In this document: positions 25,332-34,918 of the stretch, piece by piece | Layout: every line of letters begins with the position of its first letter | Position numbering within the stretch: position 1 is the stretch's first letter | IMG/VR virus record: IMGVR_UViG_3300025053_000005 | Location: 1 to 43,248 of that record | Direction: 5' to 3' (one strand) | DNA from: a virus | Taxonomy: Duplodnaviria; Caudoviricetes | DNA length: 43,248 nt | Notes under the pieces: model-generated | Databases searched by the model: none | Told to the model about the DNA's origin: nothing | The model's input: only the letters and a program-made list of their open reading frames with translations | Translations under genes and position numbers: made by a program

Positions 25332-26751
25332 CAATGTGATCCCCATCATGGAATCTGAAACTCCCACCCCCTCTGGTGAGGCGTCCGCACCCAACAAGGG
25401 GAGGGGGGAACGCAAGAAGAAAGACGAAAAGCCGATTGACTGGGGCCGCTTCAATGAGCTGGTGACCAATTTCGTGCTGATCTATGGGACGGATACCTGT
25501 TATGACCTGCGCACGCGCCTGTTGCTCAAGGTGAATCATTTGCGCCTGGCCTTCGGTAGCGATTATGTGAAGATGTGGCTGGGCTCGGACCAGCGCCGCA
25601 TGATCCTTCCAGATCAATTGGTGTTCGATCCTGCCGACAAGGTGGATGAGCCGTGCATCAATCTGTTCGATGGCTTCGTCATGCAGCCGAAGGCGGGGGA
25701 TTTCGAGCCGATTCTTGAGCTGCTGTATCACCTCTGCGCGGATAGCGCGGATTCGAATGGCGATGTCTCAGCCGTGGTGGCGTGGGTGCTGAAATGGCTG
25801 GCGCTGCCGCTGCAAAAGCCTGGAACAAAAATGCGTTCGGCGCTGATTTTCCACGGGTTGCAGGGCGCGGGCAAGAATCTGTTCTTCGAGCTGGTTGCCT
25901 CGATCTATGGGCGCTATGCGTCTGTGATCGGGCAGGATCAGCTGGAAGACAAGTTCAACGATTGGGCCAGCCAGAAGATGCTGCTGATCGGTGATGAGGT
26001 GGTGGCGCGGCAAGAGCTATTCCACCAGAAAAACAAGCTCAAGGCCTTCATCACGGGCGAAACCATCCAGATCAACACCAAGATGATGCCGCTGCGCCAG
26101 GAGCGCAATTTCGCCAACGTGGTGTTCCTCTCCAATGAGGATAAGCCGGTGGCGCTGGAAGAGAGCGACAGGCGCTATTTCGTGGTCTATACGCCGCCAA
26201 GGCGTGATGATGACATCTATGTCCGCGTCGCTGCCTGCATGGCAAGCGGTGGCGTCGAGGCGTTCTATGATTTCCTGCTGAGATATGACCTGACCGGCTT
26301 CTCGAATTACGACATCCCGCCCATGACTCGGGCTAAGCACAATCTGATCATGCTGTGCCTCAAGCCGGAAGACCGTTTCGTCCGGGAATGGCTGATGGGT
26401 GTTCTCCCGCTCCCTTTGCAAGTGTGTAGCGCAAGCCAGCTTTACAGAGCATTCAAGCGCTGGTGCCAGGCGACAGGCGAGCGTTTCTTCCCGCCACAGG
26501 AGGGATTCACACGCAGCGCAAAGCGCATGATCGATTCCATGTCACGCAAGAATGGCACGGCCCTGGCGCTCAATTACAAGGTCGTCAAGCTGATCGATAG
26601 CGTGAACGGGCAACGGGCACAGCGCATGTGGATACCGGATGGGTGCACCCCACCAGGCGGACAGACTGAGGGCGAATGGGCATGCGAAGGCGTCACCTTG
26701 TTCGAGGAGGCCTTGCGCACGTTCATGGAGCAGCACGGAGCAGCATCATGA
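25318..26751 (+). CDS. Replicative helicase / NTPase (SF3, DUF5906-like)
   Basis: Walker A GLQGAGKN; FNDW...LIGDE; FLSN...SDRRY. Confidence 0.85.
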   Translation: MALDNNVIPIMESETPTPSGEASAPNKGRGERKKKDEKPIDWGRFNELVTNFVLIYGTDTCYDLRTRLLLKVNHLRLAFGSDYVKMWLGSDQRRMILPDQLVFDPADKVDEPCINLFDGFVMQPKAGDFEPILELLYHLCADSADSNGDVSAVVAWVLKWLALPLQKPGTKMRSALIFHGLQGAGKNLFFELVASIYGRYASVIGQDQLEDKFNDWASQKMLLIGDEVVARQELFHQKNKLKAFITGETIQINTKMMPLRQERNFANVVFLSNEDKPVALEESDRRYFVVYTPPRRDDDIYVRVAACMASGGVEAFYDFLLRYDLTGFSNYDIPPMTRAKHNLIMLCLKPEDRFVREWLMGVLPLPLQVCSASQLYRAFKRWCQATGERFFPPQEGFTRSAKRMIDSMSRKNGTALALNYKVVKLIDSVNGQRAQRMWIPDGCTPPGGQTEGEWACEGVTLFEEALRTFMEQHGAAS

Positions 26752-26760
26752 GGGTCACGC

Positions 26761-26998
26761 AGTTACGCGGGTTACGCCACGGTTACGCGGTAGTTACGCC
26801 TGAGACCCGCGCCGTTACGCGGGTTACGCGAAAACGGGCCTTTCAACTCTCCCATGCGTGTGCGCGTAGCACATTCCATGCCACCCACACATGCGCGCGC
26901 ATTCGTGAAAGTGTGAATCCGCGTTTCCTGCGTAACCCACGTAACTATGCGGGTCTCAGGCGTAACTACCGCGTAACCGTGGCGTAACCCGCGTAACT
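26761..26998. repeat. Long inverted repeat built of GTTACG units; candidate replication origin
   Basis: 26761-26810 is the exact reverse complement of 26949-26998; imperfect arms extend to about 76 bp; immediately after the helicase. Confidence 0.75.
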
Positions 26999-27013
26999 AC
27001 AGGCCTCCCCACG

Positions 27014-27256
27014 ATGTCCAAAAATATGAGGTTGGATATGCCACAAACAGCAGCATGGGTTGATGAGTTGAGGGAGGTGTTTGGATTGGAAGAAGTGAAC
27101 AAGCAGATCAGGCAGGGCATGACTGGCAAGCAGCCAGTGTTCCATGCCTGTGAGGGTGGGTATGAGATTGGAACGGCATTCACGGGCGGGATCGTGGTTA
27201 GTGGGGTTGATATTGCTATCCCGGTAGTGATTGAAGAGAAAAGGAGGGGAAGATGA
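27014..27256 (+). CDS. Hypothetical protein
   Basis: MPQTAAWVDELREVFG...FHACEGG..IG; coupled to the next gene. Confidence 0.6.
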   Translation: MSKNMRLDMPQTAAWVDELREVFGLEEVNKQIRQGMTGKQPVFHACEGGYEIGTAFTGGIVVSGVDIAIPVVIEEKRRGR

Positions 27257-28023
27257 TCAGCATCAAGGTAGACACCAGCGGACTCGACGCCATCCGCGCC
27301 CGGCTCTCCGGCATGAGCAAGCAAGTCAACTACGCCGCCAGCCGCGCCATCAACAGCGTCGCATTCGACGCCATGCGCGAAGGCCAGGCCCACATCACCG
27401 CCGGCCTGAACAACCCCACGCCCTGGACCGTAAAAGCCTGGTACGTGCGCAAGAAAGCCAGCAAGAACGACCTCACCGCCTCGGTCGGCTGGTCAGACTA
27501 CCTCTCCAACAAGCGCGGCCATGCTGCCGAATACTACCTCTCGCAACACTGGACCGGCGGCGCGCGCAAGATCAAGGCCTTCGAAGCCCGCCTGCAACGC
27601 GCCGGACTCATGCCGCAAGGCACAGTATCCGTGATCGGCGCGGCGGCCTCAGACCTCGGCATGGTCGACGCGCGCGGCAACATCAAAGGCTCGGCACTGG
27701 TCGCCATCCTGTCCGGCCTGGGCGCCTTCACCGAAGCCGGGTACAGCGCCAACGCCAACGGTCGCCGACTCAGCAAAAGCAAAGCCGCTGCGCGCCACGT
27801 CTACTGGGCAGGCAAGCCCGGCCCGAACACCCCGAACGGGATCTGGATGATCGACGAAAAGCACAAAAGCGGACGCGGACGCCTGCGACCCATCCTGGTA
27901 TTCGTCAAAGGCACCAGCTACAAAAAGCGCCTGGACCTCGACAAGACCGTCGAAAAGTCACGCCGCAACTTCGACAAGTATTTCGAAACCGAACTACAAA
28001 ACGCACTCAGGACCGCCCGATGA
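27253..28023 (+). CDS. Basic phage morphogenesis protein (gpZ-like N-terminus)
   Basis: 256 aa; KQVNYAASRAIN...NPTPWT...PILVFV...Y..RLD...ALRTAR. Confidence 0.6.
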   Translation: MISIKVDTSGLDAIRARLSGMSKQVNYAASRAINSVAFDAMREGQAHITAGLNNPTPWTVKAWYVRKKASKNDLTASVGWSDYLSNKRGHAAEYYLSQHWTGGARKIKAFEARLQRAGLMPQGTVSVIGAAASDLGMVDARGNIKGSALVAILSGLGAFTEAGYSANANGRRLSKSKAAARHVYWAGKPGPNTPNGIWMIDEKHKSGRGRLRPILVFVKGTSYKKRLDLDKTVEKSRRNFDKYFETELQNALRTAR

Positions 28024-28382
28024 ACGCCGACGGCACCATGACCATGGAAGAATGCCAGCGCGCCTGGCTGGCCGCCTGCCTGCCGCCAGCGGTCGAGCGC
28101 CCCTCCTGCTACAACCGAGCCGAATACGACCAGCCCGTCACCAGCGCCGAATTCCCCGCGCTCACCTGGAAACAGAACTGGCGCAAAGACTGCGCCCACT
28201 GGCACCCCGGCGGCAACGCCCACGTGCGTCCATGGTGCGACTCTGCAGGCGGCAGGAAAACCCGCTGGCACGCCTGCAGTGGATGCGCGCGGAAGGTTGT
28301 GGACAATCAAAGGTACTCCCTGGAGTCTGCCAGCACGGGTAATGCGCACCGCGATGTTTCTCTAGTCACGAGTTTTTTGTAA
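28020..28382 (+). CDS. Hypothetical Cys-rich protein
   Basis: ATGA overlap; RPSCYNR...CAHW...CSGC. Confidence 0.4.
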   Translation: MNADGTMTMEECQRAWLAACLPPAVERPSCYNRAEYDQPVTSAEFPALTWKQNWRKDCAHWHPGGNAHVRPWCDSAGGRKTRWHACSGCARKVVDNQRYSLESASTGNAHRDVSLVTSFL

Positions 28383-28396
28383 GGGGGTTCCGGTTT

Positions 28397-29725
28397 ATGA
28401 ATCAACAAGTTAATCATAATGTTAAGTTAGTATCTGTGGATGAACTGCTGCCGTATTCGCGCAATTCAAACACGCATCCAGACGCGCAGATTGCGGGGCT
28501 TGCTGCAAGCATTGATGAGTTCGGCATGGCGGGTGCGCTGGTGGTTCGCGACGGGGTGATCGGTAAAGGTCACGGCACGCTGGAGGCGATCAAAAAAATC
28601 TACTCGGCAGGCAAGCGGCTGTATCCGCCACCCGGCAAGGCGCAAGGGGCTGAGCCTTACCCTGCTGGCGTGGTGCCAGTGCTGGACGCATCTGGCTGGA
28701 CTGACGCGCAGTTCCGCGCCTTCGTGATCGCCGACAACAACCTCGGCAGGATGAGCGTGGTGGATGACGAGCTGCTCAAGATCGAGATCGGCGACTTGAA
28801 CGAGCAGGGTTTCGATCTCGGACTGATGGGCTTCGACCAGGCCGCCATCGACGCGATGCTGGCCAGCGCCGGAACGGACGGGCTGACCGACCCGGACGAC
28901 ACGCCGGAAGTGCAGGCGCAGGTGATCAGCAAGCCCGGCGACGTGTGGGTGATGGGCAAGCACCGCATCATCTGCGGCAGCAGCACGGATGCCGACACCG
29001 TGGCGAAGGTGCTGGGCGGCGTGCAGCCGCACCTGATGGTCACCGATCCGCCGTATGGGGTTGAGTACGATGCGGACTGGCGGAATCACGCACTTCGTGC
29101 CGACGGCACGCCCGTGGCCGGTCGTGCCGTTGGGAAGGTTATGAACGACGATAACGCTGACTGGCGCGAAGCGTGGGCGCTATTCCCCGGAGAGGTTGCT
29201 TACGTTTGGCACGCTGGAATTTTTTCTCCGGTCGTATCTGCCTCACTTGATGCTTGCGGGTTTGAATCGCGCGCGCTGATCGTCTGGGCAAAAAGCAACC
29301 ACACATTTGGGCGCGGACACTACCACCACCAGCACGAGCCATGCTGGTACGCCGTGCGCAAGGGAGGGACCGGCCATTGGGCTGGAGACCGCAAACAAAC
29401 CACGCTCTGGCAAATACCCAAGCCAGCGAAATCCGAAACCGGCCACTCGACGCAAAAGCCCGTCGAGTGCATGCGCCGCCCCATCGAAAACAACAGCAGC
29501 CCAGGCCAGGCCGTGTACGAGCCGTTCAGCGGCAGCGGAACTACCATTATCGCAGCCGAACAGACCGGGCGCTGCTGCTACGCCATCGAACTCAACCCGG
29601 CCTATGTGGACGTGGCCGTACGTCGCTGGCAAGAATTCACAGGGGGGGGGGGCTGTGCTGGAAGGGGACGGGCGCAGCTTCTCCGAAATTGCAGCGGCGC
29701 TGCAGGCATGAGGCCGGCGGCATAA
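28397..29725 (+). CDS. ParB-like domain plus N6/N4 DNA methyltransferase
   Basis: LLPY.RN..TH...IA..A.SI.EFG...IADN; TDPPY; HSTQKP; EPFSGSG; G11 tract near the C-terminus. Confidence 0.92.
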   Translation: MNQQVNHNVKLVSVDELLPYSRNSNTHPDAQIAGLAASIDEFGMAGALVVRDGVIGKGHGTLEAIKKIYSAGKRLYPPPGKAQGAEPYPAGVVPVLDASGWTDAQFRAFVIADNNLGRMSVVDDELLKIEIGDLNEQGFDLGLMGFDQAAIDAMLASAGTDGLTDPDDTPEVQAQVISKPGDVWVMGKHRIICGSSTDADTVAKVLGGVQPHLMVTDPPYGVEYDADWRNHALRADGTPVAGRAVGKVMNDDNADWREAWALFPGEVAYVWHAGIFSPVVSASLDACGFESRALIVWAKSNHTFGRGHYHHQHEPCWYAVRKGGTGHWAGDRKQTTLWQIPKPAKSETGHSTQKPVECMRRPIENNSSPGQAVYEPFSGSGTTIIAAEQTGRCCYAIELNPAYVDVAVRRWQEFTGGGGCAGRGRAQLLRNCSGAAGMRPAA

Positions 29726-30427
29726 ATGACCAAGCCAACCACCGCTGCGGGCACCATCACCCACGACGTTGCCGCCCGCCTGATCGGCGTCACGCCTGCC
29801 GAACTCACCGCGCTAGTCAACGGCGGGCAGGTGCGTCGCGCGGACAAGAACGCATATTCGCTGCCGGTGCTGGTGCAGGACTACATCGGACACATCAAGG
29901 CCGAGAACGAGCGGCGCATCACCGCGCCGAAGCAGGCCGACATTGCTGAGCACATGGATTTGTCAGAGCGCTCGGTGCGCGAGTTTTTGAGTGGAGCAGG
30001 GCTGGATCACAAGCAATGCACGATTGACGAAATCCGCGTCGGCTACATCCGACACCTCCGCGAACAAGCCGCCGGACGCGCCGCCTCCGGCGATCTCGAT
30101 CTTGCTACCGAGCGCGCTATGCTGGCCCGCGAACAGCGCGTCAGGATCGAAATGCAGAACGCCGTCACCCGTGGCGAACTGGCCCCGATGATCTTGATGG
30201 AAGAAGTCCTCGCAAAAACAGCGTCGAAAGTGGCCGGCGTGCTGGATGCCATCCCCGGCATGGTGCGCCGCCGCGTCCCGCTGCTGACCGCCGACGACAT
30301 CGAGCTGATTGCCGGAGAAATCGCCAAGGCGCGTAACACGGTGGCCACCATGTCGATGGATGACATGGACGATGAAGAAGAGCCAGAGCCAGAAATACCG
30401 GCCATCATCGAGGAAGAAACAGACTGA
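29726..30427 (+). CDS. Terminase small subunit (Nu1-like)
   Basis: Two HTH-like segments; YIRHLREQAAGR...ERA.LA..Q; directly upstream of GpA. Confidence 0.85.
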   Translation: MTKPTTAAGTITHDVAARLIGVTPAELTALVNGGQVRRADKNAYSLPVLVQDYIGHIKAENERRITAPKQADIAEHMDLSERSVREFLSGAGLDHKQCTIDEIRVGYIRHLREQAAGRAASGDLDLATERAMLAREQRVRIEMQNAVTRGELAPMILMEEVLAKTASKVAGVLDAIPGMVRRRVPLLTADDIELIAGEIAKARNTVATMSMDDMDDEEEPEPEIPAIIEEETD

Positions 30428-32451
30428 TGGATCTGAGCGAGCACAGCCGCTTCATCCTTCCCGCGCTCCAGACGCACCGGGCGCGCGGCCTCGCCGCCTT
30501 TGGCGTGCCCGAACCCATGACCCTGGACGAATGGGCGCGCAAGCACTTCTACCTCTCCGCAGAATCCTCCTACGTCGAGCAATCCTGGACGCCCTGGTGG
30601 TTCCAGCGCGCCATCATGGCCAGCATCAGCAACGACGACATCCGCGAAGTGATCTGGCGCAAGTCTGCCCGGGTCGGCTACACCAAGATCATCCTCGCCG
30701 CCATGGGCTATTTCGCCCAGCACAAGCGCCGCAACCAGGTGCTATGGCAGCCCACTGACGACGACCGGGACGAATTCGTCAAGACCGAACTCGACCCCAT
30801 GCTGCGCGACGTGGCCGTGATGGAAAAAGTATTCCCCGCCTACCTCAAGCGCGACAAGGACAACACCCTCCAGGCCAAGAAGTTCCTCGGCTCCATCGCC
30901 CACATCAAGGGCGGCAAGGCCGCCAAGAACTACCGCCGCATCAGCGCCGATACCGCCTACCTGGACGAATACGACGCCTTCGACAGCAATATCGAAAAAG
31001 AAGGCGACCCCGGCACCCTGGCCGCCAAGCGCATCGAAGGCGCCACCTTCCCCAAGCTGGTGATCGGCAGCACGCCCAAGCTCAAGGGATTCTCCAACAT
31101 CGAAAAGCGCGAGCGCGATGCCGACCTGTTCCTGCAGCCGCACATCCCCTGCCCGGAGTGCGGAGAATTCCATCCCCTCACCTGGGGCGGAAAGGACGAA
31201 CCGCACGGCTTCAAATGGACCGAAGATAACCCAGAAACCGTGCGCCACCTCTGCCCCCACTGCGGCGCACTGATCGAGCAGGCGCAATACCTCGCCATCG
31301 GCGAACAAGGCCGCTACCAGTCAGAAAACGGAACCACCTGCGACACCGACGGCATCTTCCGTAACGCCGCCGGAGAAACCATCCGCCCACCCGCCCGCAT
31401 CGCCTTCCACACCTGGAGCGCATACAGCCCCAACGTCTCATGGGCAGGAATCGCCCGCGACTTCATCGCCGCCTACCGCGAAGGCGGAGAGGGCAAGAAA
31501 GAAAAGCTGCAAGCATTCTGGAACACCACCCTTGGCGAATACTGGGCCGAAGCCTTCGAAAAATCAGACGAAAACGAACTCCGCGCTCGCGCCGAACCCT
31601 ACCCGCTGGAACGTGTACCCATGGGCTCCGTCCTGCTGCTGGCCGGGGTAGACACCCAGCCCAACCGCCTGGAGTGCGTCGTGTGGGGCTATGGACGAGG
31701 CTGTGAAAAATGGGCCATCGCCCACCGCATCTTCTTCGGCAACCCCGACGAAGATGAAGTCTGGCAGGATCTGGAAGAATTCATCTTCGAAACCGAATTC
31801 AACCACGCCAGCGGCCAGCGCCTGCGCATCGCCGGAACCGCCATCGACACGCGCGGCCACAACACCCACGCCGTCTACAACTTCTGCGCCAAACACGCCC
31901 GCCGCAAGGTCTTCGCCATCGGCGGACGCTCAGGCCGAGAAAAGCACATCCGCGATGGCGCCAGCAAGGTAGACATCGACTGGAAAGGGCGCCTGCGCAA
32001 GAACGGACTGGTGCTGTGGTGGGTAGGCACAAATCACGCCAAAGACCTGATCCATGGCCGCCTGCAAATCACCCGGCCCGGCCCGGGCTACATGCACTTC
32101 AGCAACGAACTGACCGACGAATTCTTCAAGCAATTCACCGGCGAGGCCCGCACCACGCGCCGCACCACGCGCGGCGACGAATCCACCTGGACAGCCATCC
32201 GCAAGCGCGTCGAGACATGGGATTGCACGGTGTATGCGGTATGGCTGGAAACCTATTTCGAGCTGGCAAAAAGAAGCGCGAAATTCTGGGACGACCTTGA
32301 AGCCAAAGTCCAGCCCATAGTCGGCGACCTGTTTTCCCCCGAAAACATCCCCGCACCGCAAAAAAGAGAAGCGCCAGCAATTCAGCCAAAACCTGAAAAA
32401 CCCCAACCGCGCGCCTCTGCGCCCAACCGAAAAGTCACGAGGGACTGGTAA
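30427..32451 (+). CDS. Terminase large subunit (lambda GpA family)
   Basis: KSARVGYTK, YLDEYD, GSTP, CPECG, AGVDTQ, WDCTVYA. Confidence 0.95.
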   Translation: MDLSEHSRFILPALQTHRARGLAAFGVPEPMTLDEWARKHFYLSAESSYVEQSWTPWWFQRAIMASISNDDIREVIWRKSARVGYTKIILAAMGYFAQHKRRNQVLWQPTDDDRDEFVKTELDPMLRDVAVMEKVFPAYLKRDKDNTLQAKKFLGSIAHIKGGKAAKNYRRISADTAYLDEYDAFDSNIEKEGDPGTLAAKRIEGATFPKLVIGSTPKLKGFSNIEKRERDADLFLQPHIPCPECGEFHPLTWGGKDEPHGFKWTEDNPETVRHLCPHCGALIEQAQYLAIGEQGRYQSENGTTCDTDGIFRNAAGETIRPPARIAFHTWSAYSPNVSWAGIARDFIAAYREGGEGKKEKLQAFWNTTLGEYWAEAFEKSDENELRARAEPYPLERVPMGSVLLLAGVDTQPNRLECVVWGYGRGCEKWAIAHRIFFGNPDEDEVWQDLEEFIFETEFNHASGQRLRIAGTAIDTRGHNTHAVYNFCAKHARRKVFAIGGRSGREKHIRDGASKVDIDWKGRLRKNGLVLWWVGTNHAKDLIHGRLQITRPGPGYMHFSNELTDEFFKQFTGEARTTRRTTRGDESTWTAIRKRVETWDCTVYAVWLETYFELAKRSAKFWDDLEAKVQPIVGDLFSPENIPAPQKREAPAIQPKPEKPQPRASAPNRKVTRDW

Positions 32452-32718
32452 ATGTGCGACCTGTTAAGCCGAATCATAGAAATCGTCCAGCAACTCCAGC
32501 CCAGCCTGAGCGACGAAATGGCACTGGAGATCGAGCGCAGCCTGCGCGCGGAGTTTGCCGGGGAACAGGTTTACATCTACAAGCGCGTGGCCGAGCGCGA
32601 CAAGATGCGGATTGAAGTCCGGCGCCGCTTCAACGGGCGCAACGCTACCGAGATCGCGCGCGAGCTGGGGATCGGCAGGACAACGGTTTACCGGATTCTG
32701 AAGACAAGTGGAAAGTGA
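32452..32718 (+). CDS. Mor-like transcription activator
   Basis: FAGEQVYI.K....RD.....FNGRN..EIARELGI.R.TVYRIL. Confidence 0.8.
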   Translation: MCDLLSRIIEIVQQLQPSLSDEMALEIERSLRAEFAGEQVYIYKRVAERDKMRIEVRRRFNGRNATEIARELGIGRTTVYRILKTSGK

Positions 32719-32764
32719 AATCGTCCCACTTTTCCTAAATTTGGAACAGTCGCCCCTGTAGCCT
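32715..32764 (+). promoter_or_regulatory. Late promoter, copy 1
   Basis: 35-bp element (33/35 identical to 40598-40632), then TAGCCT 9 bp later. Confidence 0.65.
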
Positions 32765-32771
32765 CGCGCGA

Positions 32772-32978
32772 ATGGCCCTTACTCAAACCGATCTCGACGC
32801 TATCGATGCCGCCATCGCTGGCGCAGAACTGACTGTCACGGTAGACGGCAAGTCCGTCACCTACCGCTCCATCACCGAACTCAAGCGCGCGCGCGAGCAT
32901 GTTTCCGGCGTGATTTCAGCCGCCAGCGGAACCCGGCGCACCGCGTTTTACTTCACGCCAGCCGGACGGCGCGACTGA
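32772..32978 (+). CDS. gpW-like head completion protein
   Basis: LDAIDAAIA...V..DGKSVTYRS..EL. Confidence 0.85.
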   Translation: MALTQTDLDAIDAAIAGAELTVTVDGKSVTYRSITELKRAREHVSGVISAASGTRRTAFYFTPAGRRD

Positions 32979-34903
32979 TGGCCGCGCCTGAATACAGCCT
33001 GCTCGACAAGGCCATCGGATTCATTGACCCCGCCGCCGGTTTACGCCGCGCACTGGCCCGCCGCGCCATGGTCAAGGTGCGCGCCTACGAAGGCGCCAGC
33101 ACCAAGGACGGATGGATACCACGACGCTCCGGTGCATCCGCCAATGCCGATCAGGCAGCGGACGGCACCATGCTGCGCGCCCGCGCCCGTTCGCTGGTGC
33201 AGAATAACCCCTATGCCGCCAAGGCGCTGTCCTGCCTGGTCGCCAACGTGGTGGGCGAAGGCATCCTCCCCTGCAGCCGCGCCAAGGATGAAAAAACCCG
33301 CCTCGCGCTCGACGCGCTATGGCAATCCTGGATGCAAGTCAGCGACGCCGACGGCGGCACCGATTTCCACGGCCAGGAAGCGCAAGCCTACCGCGCCATG
33401 GAGCAGGACGGCGAAGTTCTGATCCGTCTGCGTGGCCGCCTGCTCTCGGACGGCCTGCCCGTCCCGCTGCAAATCCAGATCCTCGAAATCGACTACCTCG
33501 ACACCAGCAAGAACGGAAAAAGCGAGTCCGGCGGCCCCATCATCTCCGGCGTGGAACTGGACGCGCTGGGCAAGGTCGCCGCCTACTGGCTATTCGAACA
33601 TCATCCCGGCGACGGCTATCGCGCCGGCGGCGTCGCCTCGCTCAAGAGCCGCCGCTATTCAGCCGACACCATCATCCACCTGTTCGCCCCGGACCGTCCC
33701 GGCCAGGCGCGCGGCATCACCCGCTTCGCCCCGGTCATCGCCCGCCTGCGGGATCTGGCTATCTATGAAGACGCCGAACTCTCGCGCAAGCAAAACGAAG
33801 CGCTGATGTCCGTATTCATCTCCGGCGATGGCAGCGATTTCGCCGTCCCCGGCGACGGTCAAAGCATGACCGATGCCCGCTCAGCCGCCGCCCTGTTGGG
33901 CGATCTGGGTAGCATCCGCCCCGGCGCGGTGATGGCCACCAACGGGCAGACCGTCACCGTATCCGAGCCAACAGCCGCGCCCGGCTATGCCGACTACCTG
34001 CGCATGCAGCTCTATGCCGTCGCGGCAGGCACAGGCGTCACCTACGAAATGCTCACCGGCGATCTCAGCCAGGTCAATTTCAGCAGCGCCCGGATCGGCA
34101 TGATGGAATTCCGCCGTGGCGCGGAACAGCGCCAGTGGCACGTCCTGGTCCCGCGCCTGCTCACCCCGGTGTGGCACACCTTTGTCGACGCCGCCGTCCT
34201 GGCCGGCAAAATCCCCCGCGCCGACTACGCCGTCGAGTGGACCACGCCGAAATGGGATTACGTCAACCCGCTGCAGGACGTCAAGGCCGACGCAGAAGAA
34301 ATATCAAACGGACTCTCCAGCCTGTCCGAAAAACTGCGCCAGCGCGGATACCAGCCGGAAACCGTATTTTCCGAGCTGGGAAATGATTACAAGCTACTCG
34401 AGCAAAGCGGTGCGCTATCCATGATCAAGCTATTGCTCGGCAAGAGCGGGCCGGACGTTCCGCCGCCGGATGCCGCGCCGGACGCCGCGCCAAGCGCCAA
34501 GCCCGCGCGCAGCGAAGGCGACCTGCGCAATGACCGGCTGATGGAAAACCTCACCCGCGCCGTGGCAAGCGCAGCAGAAAAGCCGGTCAGCGTCCACATC
34601 ACCCAGGCGCCTCCTGGCGAAGTCCATAACCATTTTGCGGCACAAGAGGCCACACAGGTAAGGGTGGAAGTACCGCAGCAGCCCGCCCCCATCGTCACCG
34701 TGGCCGCACCAGAAATCCGCATTGAAGTCCCGCAGCAGGCAGCGCCCATTGTCCATGTAGCGGCGCCAGAGGTAAGGGTAGAGAACACCGTCCAACCGGC
34801 AGAAGTCAACGTCAACCTGCCCGCGCGCAAGACCGAAACCACCGTGGTCAGGGACGCGAAAGGCAACATCGCCACCGCCACACAAATAGAAACAGACCTC
34901 TAG
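32978..34903 (+). CDS. Lambda-family portal with a Pro/Val-rich C-terminal extension
   Basis: LRARARSLVQNN.YA, RPGQ.RG, YE.LTGD.S.VNFSSAR, W.YV.PL.D. Confidence 0.93.
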   Translation: MAAPEYSLLDKAIGFIDPAAGLRRALARRAMVKVRAYEGASTKDGWIPRRSGASANADQAADGTMLRARARSLVQNNPYAAKALSCLVANVVGEGILPCSRAKDEKTRLALDALWQSWMQVSDADGGTDFHGQEAQAYRAMEQDGEVLIRLRGRLLSDGLPVPLQIQILEIDYLDTSKNGKSESGGPIISGVELDALGKVAAYWLFEHHPGDGYRAGGVASLKSRRYSADTIIHLFAPDRPGQARGITRFAPVIARLRDLAIYEDAELSRKQNEALMSVFISGDGSDFAVPGDGQSMTDARSAAALLGDLGSIRPGAVMATNGQTVTVSEPTAAPGYADYLRMQLYAVAAGTGVTYEMLTGDLSQVNFSSARIGMMEFRRGAEQRQWHVLVPRLLTPVWHTFVDAAVLAGKIPRADYAVEWTTPKWDYVNPLQDVKADAEEISNGLSSLSEKLRQRGYQPETVFSELGNDYKLLEQSGALSMIKLLLGKSGPDVPPPDAAPDAAPSAKPARSEGDLRNDRLMENLTRAVASAAEKPVSVHITQAPPGEVHNHFAAQEATQVRVEVPQQPAPIVTVAAPEIRIEVPQQAAPIVHVAAPEVRVENTVQPAEVNVNLPARKTETTVVRDAKGNIATATQIETDL

Positions 34904-34918
34904 AAAAAGGGCATCATC

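Noticed and set aside
26761-26998. Extra attC site
   Set aside because: GTT units precede AAC units, the reverse of attC order, and there is no L-box extrahelical base.
27231-28019. 383-aa ORF 27231-28382, and other long antisense ORFs such as 41176-42312
   Set aside because: Arg-rich shadow frames of GC-rich real genes; only the part from 28020 is plausible.
28311-28396. cos site upstream of the methylase and terminase
   Set aside because: The position is plausible, but I cannot define the cut site from sequence alone.
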